This document shows, one piece after another, positions 27,670-38,996 of a DNA stretch of 64,000 bases (the stretch's first letter is position 1; every line of letters starts with the position of its first letter). The DNA lies in assembly GCA_973895155.1 (NCBI GenBank), contig OZ316897.1, positions 20,215,224 to 20,279,223 of the forward strand. The letters run 5' to 3'. This stretch comes from Marsupella aquatica. Lineage: Eukaryota; Plantae; Marchantiophyta. A model generated the notes under the pieces. The model did not search any database. It was not told where the DNA came from and saw only the letters and a list, made by a program, of their open reading frames with translations. Position numbers and translations under genes: made by a program.

Positions 27670-30600
27670 TCAGCCGGGGCCCCTGTCCTCACTGACTGGT
27701 TTCTTTTGATAATACCTTTCATGCCATTCAGAAGCGATCAACGTCCAGCCTAAACTATCCAGAACGGAGTCATCAAGTAAGGGACAATCCTCAACGATTA
27801 GTTGCATAGCCTGCGTTTTCCGGGAGGGCTCCCCTGCCTGGAACCTGGGCGTGTCAATGTGGTCACCTTGTGCCAATGCCTGTTGAGTCGAGGAGGACTG
27901 TCCCAAGCTTTCTGGCAGAGTCTTGAGTCTCACACAAAAAAAGAGTCCGACTTCTTTCAGGCAAGAGACTTGCCCCAAACTGTCCGGAAGGCTCTCCAAC
28001 GCTTCACAATTTGAAATGTTGAGCCTTTGTAGAGAAGAGAGCGCTCCAAGTTCATCCGGTAAGGACTTCAAAAGCGGTAACCATTCCAGAGTCAGGGCCC
28101 TCAATGATGAAAGTCTACCCAAACCTGTTGGGAGTATCAGAGTATTGGACCCCTCGAGACTGAGCTCATGCTGAAAACAAGAAATGGATGAAAAGAGGTT
28201 GGACGTCTCCTCGTGACCATCGCAATCAAATTTCAACTGCCGCATTGATGGAATTTGTCCAATGCCGTCTAATAGGCTCCTTGAGTTGTGTCCCGCCGCA
28301 AGAGTCACTTTCTTTAGAGAACGAAGCTGCCCTACGGTCTCCGGCAGGCTCTCCAAGCTTCTTGATTGGATTGATAATTCTTCTAGGGAAGAGAGGTTCC
28401 CCAAATCGTCGGGCAGCATCTCCAATTTAGAGCAATGTACTGTTAACCGTTGCAGAGACTTGAGAAGGCAGATACTGGCGGGAAATATCTCAAGCTCGCC
28501 TGCGACAATGGTAAACTCCTCGAGAGTCGTGAGCTCGCCAAAATTGTCAGGCAAGCTCTTGAATTTTGCACCTCCATGCAGTTGTAACCTCCTCAGCGAA
28601 TGGAGCCACACTATGCTTTGTGGCAGGCTCACCAAGCTGTTGCTCCCAATTGACAGTGCTACTAGTGCAGAGAGGGTGCCCCAATTGTCAGGCAACCTCT
28701 CCAATTTAGAGCACTGTAATGACAATTTTTGAAGAGACTTGAGCAGGGGAAAACTGTCGGGTAGTGTCTGTAGGTCAGGGGCATAGATTGTCAACTCTTG
28801 CAGAGCGACGAGCTGGCCGAAACCTTCTGGCAAGCTCTTCAATTTGTAGCCCATCGACAGATTCAATTTCCTCAATTTATGGAGATGCCCTATGCTCTCT
28901 GGGAGGCTCTCCAAGCCTCTTGCCTGGATTGAAAGCTCTTCCAGTGAAGAGATGTTTCCTATGTTGTCGGGCAGCCTCTTCAATTTATAGCACCTCAATG
29001 TCAGCTTCTCAAGAGCCTTGAGAAGGGAAAAACTGTCGGGTAGAACCTGCAGCTCATAAGCACCAATATTTAAGTCCTGCAGCGCGATTAGCTCGCCGAA
29101 ATCTTCTGGCAGGCTCTTCACTTTCGGAGCCCATTTCAGACTCAATTTCCTCAGATTATGGAGCCCGTTGATGCTCTCCGGAAGGCTCACCAAGATTGGT
29201 AAAGACAATGACAATTCTTCCACCGAGGAGATCTTCATTAAAACGTCGGGAAGCTTGTCCATATGCGTGCTTGATAGGCTTAATCTTTTGACGGAAGACA
29301 GCTGCACCAAACTCTCTGGCAGCCGTTCCAAGCTTGACGACGAAATTGACAATTCTTCGAGTGTGGAGAGCCTCCCTAAAGTGTCCGGCAATTTCTCCAA
29401 CTGGTCGCATTTTATCTTTAAAACTTTCAACGAAGAAAGCTGCCCAAGACTTCCAGGGAGCAGCTTAGCAACCGAAGAATTGAACTCCAAATGACGCAGG
29501 GAAATAAGCTTACCCACACTGAAAGGGAGAGTCTCCACGATCTTGACATCAAGACCCAATTTCTCCACTATTTCAAGCTCCCAAAGACTTTCGGGCAACC
29601 TCTTCAATTTTGGGCACGTTATTATGAGTGACTTAAAAAACTTCAGCAATCTGAAACTTTCAGGTAAAGTCTCTAGTTCCGCATCTCCAATGTCCAATTG
29701 CTTCAGTGCCGTCAATTGGCCGAAATCTTCCGGCAAGCTCCTTAATGGAGCATTGATCGTCAATATTTCCAGCGCAGAGAGATGGCTGAAACTCGCAGGG
29801 AGCCTTTCAAGAGCCACACCAATCAGAGTTAATTGTCGTAGACAGGGTAGGTTGCCAAAAGCCTCCCCCAACTCTTCGAAGCGAGGGCAAAGATTTATGT
29901 CTAATTGCTTGAGTCCCGACAGCTGAGAGAAACTATGTGGCAGGCTCTTGATCAATGGGCACGACGTGATGTCCAATTCTTCCAGTGACGTGAGAGAACA
30001 GCCAAAGGAGTGAGGGAGACCTGAAAGCTTTTTACAACCGAAGATTGTTAATTTCACGAGGGAGGACACATCCCCTAAAGATTCCGGTAGAAACTTGATC
30101 AACGGGCAATTGCTGATGCACAACTCTACCAGCGATGGCAGACAACGGCCAAAGGAGTTGGGGAGACCTGCCAGATTTTCACAATCTTCGATTCTTAACT
30201 TTACCAAGGAGGACACAGCCCCTAAAGAATCTGGTAATCGCAAAGATTTTATGCGGTGGAAGGTGAGATCTTCGAGTGCCAGGAGGTTGCCAAACGATTC
30301 AGGCAATACCAACGAACGAAGATCTCTTAGCTCCAGGCGTCTCAATCGACGAAGACTGCCAAAATTGTCAGGCAGACGGTCCAATCCTTCTAGATGAGAA
30401 AGACACAGAATGCGGAGGTTGCTCAAGTTCCCCAATGCTTCGGGAAATTCCTCTGGGATCAGAAAATTTGATAGTTCCAGGACAGCCAAGTTGTCCATGT
30501 TGTTGAGGTTGATCTCGAACACTGACGGGTGACATCTCTGCGCTCCCTCAAATTTTATGAAAGATATCTTTCGGGTGAGGCCCTGTCCCCAACCTCGAGA

Positions 30601-30729
30601 AGAAACACCGACTATATCTATGTACTTCAATTTCTTAAGCTTGGCTAGTGAATCCAACTGAAGGGTCATTCGCTTCTGCTGGAAACTTTCAGAATACAAG
30701 AGTCTCAAACATTTGGTCCGTGCTTTCAC
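27670..30729 (-). CDS. HNL1 LRR exon (open frame of ~1019 aa, more than 30 LRRs of 23-24 aa)
   Basis: Uninterrupted ORF with repeated LPxSxGxLxxLxxLxI units. Confidence 0.92.
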   Translation of the reverse strand: MKARTKCLRLLYSESFQQKRMTLQLDSLAKLKKLKYIDIVGVSSRGWGQGLTRKISFIKFEGAQRCHPSVFEINLNNMDNLAVLELSNFLIPEEFPEALGNLSNLRILCLSHLEGLDRLPDNFGSLRRLRRLELRDLRSLVLPESFGNLLALEDLTFHRIKSLRLPDSLGAVSSLVKLRIEDCENLAGLPNSFGRCLPSLVELCISNCPLIKFLPESLGDVSSLVKLTIFGCKKLSGLPHSFGCSLTSLEELDITSCPLIKSLPHSFSQLSGLKQLDINLCPRFEELGEAFGNLPCLRQLTLIGVALERLPASFSHLSALEILTINAPLRSLPEDFGQLTALKQLDIGDAELETLPESFRLLKFFKSLIITCPKLKRLPESLWELEIVEKLGLDVKIVETLPFSVGKLISLRHLEFNSSVAKLLPGSLGQLSSLKVLKIKCDQLEKLPDTLGRLSTLEELSISSSSLERLPESLVQLSSVKRLSLSSTHMDKLPDVLMKISSVEELSLSLPILVSLPESINGLHNLRKLSLKWAPKVKSLPEDFGELIALQDLNIGAYELQVLPDSFSLLKALEKLTLRCYKLKRLPDNIGNISSLEELSIQARGLESLPESIGHLHKLRKLNLSMGYKLKSLPEGFGQLVALQELTIYAPDLQTLPDSFPLLKSLQKLSLQCSKLERLPDNWGTLSALVALSIGSNSLVSLPQSIVWLHSLRRLQLHGGAKFKSLPDNFGELTTLEEFTIVAGELEIFPASICLLKSLQRLTVHCSKLEMLPDDLGNLSSLEELSIQSRSLESLPETVGQLRSLKKVTLAAGHNSRSLLDGIGQIPSMRQLKFDCDGHEETSNLFSSISCFQHELSLEGSNTLILPTGLGRLSSLRALTLEWLPLLKSLPDELGALSSLQRLNISNCEALESLPDSLGQVSCLKEVGLFFCVRLKTLPESLGQSSSTQQALAQGDHIDTPRFQAGEPSRKTQAMQLIVEDCPLLDDSVLDSLGWTLIASEWHERYYQKKPVSEDRGPG

Positions 30730-33700
30730 CTGCACAATCACCCATAAATCTCAACTAAGAATCTCTTCTCATATGTAATAAAAGTGTACAACGAATCAAA
30801 AAAGGGAATTGGAGGAGAGTCTACTGTCTGGATGAACTTGCATGATCTTACGAGCATCAGTTGACTCTACTTGGAAGAACAATTACCTTTCTGTCATTCA
30901 ACAGATGCACTATTGAGTTCGAGTTCATCACACCCAACAACCATGATGCCTTTGGAAACATTATGAGCCAAGTCTCGAAGGTGCTCATGCACCCACACTA
31001 CATTGTTGAGTTCCTTCACCAATGACCTGCTCACCAAGTTTCCCCAGGTTGTCTGCATATTTTGACTTAGACTGCTCCATGCCGCAAGGGCATGGTCTAA
31101 TGGTTGTTGAAAGAAAAACGATGCAGTCTCTGTGAACATATCCTGTTCCTCTTTTAACAGGGCATCATAGCTTATCCTCAAGGAAGCCCATACTCTGTCC
31201 TTTTTGCCCCCGTTTATGGCTCTCGCTTCCTTCAGCCGATCTATAGTCTCCATCCAAACTTCAATATTTGCTCCATGGTCTCGGAGGTATGTGCCTATCA
31301 CTTCTAACGTCAACGGCAACCCAGCACATTTCTTAACCACGGCATTGACGCTGTCAATCAAAAAGGCTGGAATATCCTTCAAACCAAATGCATGTCGGCA
31401 GAACAGCTGTTTTGCATCACCATGTTCCAAAAACTCAGCTTCATAGGGGATGTACTCTTCAAAATACTTGAAAACTTTTTTGTCGCGACTTGTCATGATA
31501 ACACAACTCCCGGTCCCAAAAGACTGTAAAGTTGGGAGAGCTTTCAACTGATCCTCTGAATCTATGTCATCCACGACGATTAAGATTTTCTCGTCTTTCA
31601 AATGACACCATTGGATTGAAGCCCCATCCAATTTTTTCCCATTTCGATGAAAATGACAGAGAAGCCAATCCTCCAATCCGTGCAATTGGATGCCTTTGAC
31701 ATTTTCGACAAAGCAAGTGTACTCGAAGTCTTTGGAAACCATGTTAAAGACTTGCTTTGCAAGAGTGGTCGTGCCAATCCCACCCATGCCAAAAATTCCA
31801 AGAATAGCTCCACCAACCAGCTTTTCCCTCATATCCAAGGCACGTCGCTCCAAATCAATAGGATACTTTGGAAGCCCATTACATTCATGAACAGGCACCT
31901 CCACCTGAAGCGATCAGATAATTCTAATCAATGGTTTGCAATTACCATAGAGAGCCACTAGACTATAACAACTAATATCACAGGTCATCAACTCGTTTCA
32001 CTTGACAATCAATGCCACTAATTGGCTTGGAAAGACCGTGAAAATTTTAAGTGCTGGCCTCATCCTCAATTCCCAATACCCTATATATTACGAAGACATG
32101 CAAGGCCCAACAGAGGTCTTGAACTTAAAATGCAGTCTTGAGGACTAACGTCTGGATCATCTTACTTTCATTCCGTCGAGAATGTGGGTTAGGAAGTCCT
32201 TCAATTTGTAGAAGCTCCTTGAGGTTTTGCTCCGTGGTTGACAAATGGAAAAATGGGTTGCTCCCTCCACAACATTACAATTGTCCTCCCTCACAGATCC
32301 CTCAGGGACCACCATGACTTCCCCATCAAACCAGCCCTGCCCACCAACGGCCAAATATAGCTCTTCGTCAGATCACAACTGTCTGCCAATGTACACTTAG
32401 GCTCCAAGAACACCACTCTCGACACCTCATAATGCGCAATTCAAACTCACGTACAACAGTGTTTGCAGTCTGTGCAGACATCAGATCTTAATACTCTGAC
32501 CAGATAAATTGATGCTGGAGGAGCCCATCCTGTGTAGAAGGTTGAATGCTCTGATGCAATTTGATTTCTCCATGCACAATTCTACAACTTGGTACTCATG
32601 CAGAACTGTAGCCAAAGTGGAAGTGAAATTGAATAAAAATATGAGGTAGCAATTGTGTTTGTACCAAACTTGTCGGGCGGCCTTCTCCAAGTCCAGCAAA
32701 TTGCCACTTCTCATACACTTTACGGATGGCATCAAAGGTACTATTCAGCCGTTCTGTGTCTGTACTCAGTGCTTTGAAGTAGTTTAACAAAGCGCTTCCA
32801 ATTTTATCTGCGAGATAGTCTGCAACAAAGCTTCCGTGATGGGGGGTAGCATAATAAAATACTCCTCTCATGCTCTTAAGAAACTTATCTAACTTACTCC
32901 TCTCAAAATCTCGACTCACTTGGAGTTTACGATGCGCTTGGCAGCATAATTCTTTTATCACCAGACCCCCAATGGAGTGGCCCACCAATACAACTGGACA
33001 GTTTGACACTTGCCCAATGTTTGCCATCAGAAGATCTGAGATCAAATTCTCCCCCAAATTGTACATGTCAATGGTAGCATTTGAGCTATTTCTGAGAACT
33101 CCACTGCAAGACACCGAAAATACATGAGCTTCAGGAATCTCCTCGACCAACCACTTCTGTGGCCATAAGCAGGAGTTATCCTCGCATTTCCATGTAGACA
33201 AATGTGCATCCATGTAGGGCCCCAATTGGAGGCCATGGAAAAACACGACTTGTATAGTCGGTATGCCTGCTGCTGGTACACAGAGTCATTCACCTGAGGA
33301 AGCCGACAAAGATATAAGGGAACACGAACGTGAGTAGTCTTGCTCTTCCATGCATTCTCTCCACTAATTGGCTGAATTAAAAGCAAGACTTGAAGCAGTC
33401 TCACAGACTAGAAAAGTACTCACGATTGCTATGAACGGTTTTAAAGGATAAATAAAGTTTGACTCTGTTAATTCTCTAGAGCTTTCCAAAAGAACTAAAC
33501 TACAGAGATAAAATTGAGGCCATCTGGACGGTGATAAATCATGGCACATCTTTATCTTCACTTTTACAAATAACTCAACGAAAGAAACATGATTTGAAAG
33601 GCTGACTTTAGGGTATCTGGACTATGTAACAGACTTCAAGAAATCTCACAGACCAGAAAAGTACTCACATCGCGACGAGAATTTTAAATTGGATTGCAAA

Positions 33701-33942
33701 AGTATGACTATGCTTATCCTCTAGAGCTTTCCAAATAGAGTCACCTCCAGAGACAAAATCAAAGTCGGTTTAGAATGTTTTGAGGTTTGGCTGAGGGTTA
33801 ATCTTGAAGCCGTGATACATTGACTCAGTGAAAGACACAAAATTTCAAAGGCTGGTTTAAGCAGATCGGGAATGTGGATTACCTGCAAGATTTGTGAAGA
33901 CCCATAAGACTCCTGAGATTTGGAAGAGGAGCCACCGAACAT
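27670..33942 (-). pseudogene. HNL1: alpha/beta-hydrolase-NB-ARC-LRR immune receptor, apparently disrupted (2 frameshifts, P-loop K>T)
   Basis: Exons 33942-33883 (MFGGSSSKSQ leader), 33293-32665 (hydrolase: VFFHG, GHSIGG, YATPHHGS), 32336-32166 (VVPEGS, THFSICQP), 31904-30887 (NB-ARC: GMGGIGTTT, IVVDD, TSRD, GLPL, VHE) and 30729-27670 (LRR). Frameshifts at ~33270 and ~30924. Confidence 0.9.
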
Positions 33943-34148
33943 GGTGCTTGGCCAAAGGTCGAATAATTGCGAAGCGTGTGTGTGTGCGTAGGAATTGAGG
34001 GCTTTCCCTTGAGCCGAAGACTCAATTTTGAGCTGCACTCGGATCAGCTATAAATATCCGTGACAGGTTGGAGGGGAAAACGATTCAGACGGCGTACTTC
34101 AAAGCTACGTCAAAGTATGAACGGAGAACGGACAACTTCAGGGGCCAA

Positions 34149-34831
34149 GATGAAGGTCTGGAAGTATCTTGGAGTACTGTATCTGACGAGCGCCTTGTTT
34201 AGTTCTTCTAGCTCGGGTGAAGAAGCGCAACCCTGTGGCAAAGCAAACTCGATCTAAGGGGTGTCCCTGGTCCGACGCTTGGAAATCGATGAGACTATGA
34301 AAAGGGATCTGCAGCAAACGAAAACATAAGGCCGCGATCACCGTGTGCACCGCGATCAACAACGAGGCACGGCGAAAGTTGGCAGACCACTACAGGAGCA
34401 CTCTTCGCTCATTTCCCAACTGAGAAAAACGATTCCACTCCAATGGGTGGACACTTTGGTGTTCGAACCGATTGACCTCAAAGGGCTCCCGCTCCACAAG
34501 TGGTGGTGCCCTCTGGCGTGATCACAAAGTGGGCCCGACCGCCATCTCTGCCTACAGAACATTAGATCTCTCACACTCCTCTAATGCGATTGCAATTATG
34601 AAGTACATGAACCGTGATTTCGCCTACCCTGCACCATACACTCCCATCACGGTTTCGAAGAACACAATTTACAGCGATTTCGTGTGGAGCTACCATCATC
34701 TGGAACACCTTTACAATTGCTGGACTGTGCAGCATTCAAATGGTCTGCTCGGCACAGAAGTCTTCAGAAGGAATGTCGAACCAAGATCTCGATGGTATGA
34801 AGAACTTTGTGAAACACTTGATGCTCGTTGA
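34149..34831 (+). pseudogene. Degenerate ORF with a signal-peptide-like start; weak resemblance to glycosyltransferase family 92
   Basis: MKVWKYLGVLYLTSALFSSSSSG leader, then across stops and frameshifts AAITVCTAINNEAR (compare the GT92-type CAIF.NEA..L.EW), then the 34472-34831 ORF. The family call is weak. Confidence 0.25.
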
Positions 34832-37092
34832 ATCTGTTCTGTTTGGAAACCTGGTTTTTGTCAATTTCGAACCAAGTGTTGATTGTGAAGGGGACGATGG
34901 CACTTATTATAAACTTAACGCCATTAGTGATTTGTTTTTCTTTGTAATTTTTTTGTGTGTTTTATCTAGACAATGTGCAGTCCAAACTTGGATTTCTCCT
35001 CTGACTTCCCTTACTAAAAATAATAAAAAGATAAAACGGCTTAGGCCTTGTAAGTGTACTAGCTGATTACCCTGGATTTCTCCTCTACCCTTGCTGAAAA
35101 TAGTAAAACGATAAAACCTCGTAGGCCTTTTAAGTGTACTAGGTGCACCCATTCAGTGAACGTAAATAAAGATGAGGAAAAACCTTGCAGAATAAAGGAT
35201 CCCATGCTAATTCTTGTTCCTCTTTGTCCCATTGGTTTGTTCGCACACTCACTTTCAGGTTAGTCATCAGTTAGAGTCACACTTAGAGTCACACTGTCTA
35301 GAGGCTTCACTCTAGATAGTAGGCCCTACGAGTAGCTTTTGTCTGAGCTTTATTGGGTTGATTAATGCCATGTTAGGAGGGCATTGTGAGCAAAAATAAC
35401 TCCTCAAAAGTGGAGCTAAAGCACTTGTTTTTTTGGTATAGTGGCCCATGTTGCCCTCTTCCCAATATCTTACTACACATACATATTAAACATTAACCTA
35501 CATGACTTCTGGAGCCCTCTCTCCAACTCTCGTGATTTTTCTCTTTGTAATTGATCACCGGTTGGTATCCAATAGAATCAGAGCCAACTCGCATGTGAGC
35601 AGCCCAAGGTTTTCTGGCCCTCAACTTCACACTGGCATGAACACAGTCATGTCCTTGGCCAATAGGTCTATATCATTTGGCAATTTCACGTCCTGTACTA
35701 CTAATAATTATACTATGGGTCTTGGATGACTTTTTGAGCTCTTGATGCATATATGGATGTACTCACAGCAAAGGAACTTATGATCGCAAGGGTATGTAAG
35801 TAGAGAGGGCTATTCACAGAGTTTTCCATCTTCAGAATTTGGATCCCATCTCTAGACTGATGAGGTTGTACTCTAGTGGATTGGAGGAATATCTAACCTC
35901 ATATCTAGTACTTTGATTCAATGTGAGAACTGGTCAAAGCTTGAGAAGATGGTATGGTGCTTTGGGTTGTTTTTACCACACTCTATTCATTGAAAGTGTA
36001 TTAAATTTTACTTTTATTCATTTTTAGTCCCCTAAATGTTTACTGTTTGGTCTCTAAATATACACTTTTTAACACTAAAATGTACACTATAGTACAAACC
36101 TCTTAAATTGTCAATTGTGAACTTGAGGAGGCAAAAAGGATCTTTACTAGAAGGAGTCTAGTCCTAGTCCATTTAAAGAGGATGAACAGGGTGGTATGTC
36201 TAATGGCCTGACCTTTGTTGCTTGCCCAATGTACACTTGAAATTGCCCAAATGTTCATTAAATAGTAATAGGGGGCACCTGTGACTTTTTACCTCTTTCA
36301 CCGACACTAACTAGACGGCCATTTATTGTTCAAACCATAAATCTTAAAAATGAATCTTAATAAATGCAAACTTTTCCTGATGTGTGTCTACTTGCCTAAA
36401 TATCAAACAACACTGTGTCACAAGGAACCAGATACAACCCAACAATTGACAATGGCACATGATTCACTCAGTCTAGGCTACATTCACGGTTGAGATTCAA
36501 CCTAGTATATTGACCATTGATAGTCTGTGAAACTCAAGCTGCTCTATAACAAGTCCTCGTCTCTCAGTCTCAGTCTTCAACTACAGTAGGTCCTGAAATA
36601 TGAGCACTGACAATGAAGTGCTCTCACAAGGGTATGTACCCCCTCTCCAGTAGTCTGACCTCAACAGCCCTTTAATCGTAGTCAACTTGTGCTCTAGTTA
36701 ACCTAACAATATGCTAAAGTTATTTACTAACAATGTGGGCATCCTTTTTATAAAACACTTAAAGGAGCTAAGTTATGAGACCTCAATGCCTGGTCTTTTT
36801 CTTCTATATCTTAGATGCAATTGTATCCTTTTAAAATTGTGGAAACAGGCCAAATTTCACTTTACTGGCAAAACCATTACCCATTGTAGTCACCTTCTCG
36901 TGGTCCTTTTTTTGCTGATGTGGTCATGTCTTCTTATAAAAAACTTAGTATGGCTTTACAAGACATCTTGAGCAATTGAGACTTTCTTTCACCAAAGTAG
37001 ACAGCCACTTCTTCTTCTAGAGATAGACTCTACACCAAAAATATTTTGAAACGAAACTTGAGGGTTTCATTTCCACAAAAATGACACATAAT

Positions 37093-37367
37093 TACTTGCA
37101 ACAAAGGATTATAAGGCATTAATTACCAGCAGGAATAAGGCAGGGCCAATCGCCCCTACCATATATGATGTGACAGCCAGCCAATACAGAGCAAAGGCAG
37201 GGCCTACTTGCAACAAAGGATTATAAGGCATTAATTACCAGCAGGAATAAGGCAGGGCCAATCGCCCCTACCATATATGATGTGACAGCCAGCCAATGCA
37301 GAGCAAAGGCAGGGCCAATCGCCCCTACGCCCCTACCATAATGTGACAGCCAGCCAATGCAGAGCAA
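37093..37367. repeat. 112-bp tandem duplication plus a partial third copy
   Basis: tacttgcaacaaaggattataaggcattaattaccagcagg...cagagcaaaggcagggcc at 37093 and 37205. Confidence 0.92.
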
Positions 37368-37488
37368 ACCTCAGGTTAATTACCTTAGACAGTTAAGGTG
37401 ACCCCATATGGAAAACGGGGTCAACATAGGATTAAAATACTTTGGGGAACAGGTTCATAATTGTATCTGAAGGGGCTCAACAGTTTTT

Positions 37489-37610
37489 GTAAAGCCAACA
37501 ATCAAGCCAGTATTTACTTGGGGTCACTATTGGCCATGTAGTATCAGTAGACACGTAAAGCCAAGAATCAAGCCAGTATTTACTTGGGGTCACTATTTGC
37601 CATGTAGTAT
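37489..37610. repeat. ~66-bp tandem duplication
   Basis: gtaaagccaa.aatcaagccagtatttacttggggtcactatt.gccatgtagtat occurs twice. Confidence 0.88.
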
Positions 37611-38733
37611 AAGTACTAGACACCATACCTTGAATGGCCTAGTATTTATTTGGGCTCACTATATGCCACACCACACCTTGAATGGCCAAAAGGTGGGCCC
37701 ACACAAGTAAAGGATGGCTTTACAAGAATTCCCATATTTGAAAACTCTAAGAGAAGCAATGGGGCCCAACTTGAGACTTGTAAAGCCACCCTTTGCTCTG
37801 TCTGCGCTACATCGGTTTTACCGATCGCTCGTTGCCCTTGATTCTCGCAAGAATCAATGACTTTCCGCATCCACGAGACATTCACTACCAATCATTCGAT
37901 ACTCGTCTTTGGAGAGGGGAAGATTCAAACGAATGTTCGGAGAATCAAGGCTCACAGATTTTTGCGTAGTAAACAACTGAAAACACTGACTGGACTAAGA
38001 AAACGCTCATTGAAGCCAGGCAAGTGTGAAAGGCCGAGATTATCGCCATCGCTTGTACTTCTGCAGAGCTAAATGTTAGCGCTAAGGAGAACTATCCAAC
38101 GCTGGCAACTTCGTCAACTTCCAAGCGTTGCATCATGAATCGTCGTTCTAATTTCTGAACTTCGTACAGTGGGATTGTATTCCCAATTATTTGAATGGAC
38201 TTGGATGCGTTTTACTTGGGACGCGCGCAACATGTCGTTCAATATTGCTCGTACATTCTTTTCTGTGCCTGGGTTAAACAGCTGGTCAAGCTCACGACGT
38301 GCTCAAGACGTGAAATCAGTTACAAACCACCACAATGTACGAGAGTTGACACGTGAATCCAGGCAGGATACCATGCAAGTGCTCCTTCGAATCAGCGGAA
38401 TCTTCCAGAATTCAGAATGCTAGGTCCGAGATTGTCATTGCGTCTAGAACTGATTGCTTTATTACTCATATGTGGCATCTAATTAATCAACAGGATGGCG
38501 GGCGGCGATCCAGACACCACAGCTCATCAGTTCAGTTCCTGACGCTATATATTTCTACAAGTCTCCATATAACCTAGTCTACCACCTTAGTATACAGAAA
38601 TCCAAGGCCCTTGACTTGAAACATGGATTTCGCTTCAAGCCCCTTGAAAAATTCTAAACAAAAAATATAGAACTCACCAGACTTTCACAGGTCATTAGGA
38701 AGTCCAAATCTATAGCATAGATGCAGCTGTGTT

Positions 38734-38863
38734 CATGACGTTAGAGTAACTTCGACTTTGGATTGTTCATGACGTTATAGTACCTTCGACTTTGGATCTC
38801 AATTCCATAACCTGTTCTCCATGACGTTAAAGTAACTTCGACTTTGGATCTCAATTCCATAAC
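38734..38863. repeat. Three copies of a ~30-bp motif downstream of the desaturase
   Basis: catgacgtta.agta.cttcgactttggat at ~38734, 38768 and 38820. Confidence 0.85.
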
Positions 38864-38996
38864 CAGTGTTCACAGTCACTTTGGCTACTACCAGCATCTG
38901 GTAAATCATAGATCCATCGCACTGAAGCACGGTGACATTCACTCAATATTTGCAGTCAGCACAAATTGACTTTTGCAACTTACAGCGACTGAGTGT

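Noticed and set aside
28188-30506. Plus-strand ORFs overlapping the LRR exons (also 55126-55878)
   Set aside because: These are antisense shadows of the repetitive LRR coding sequence.
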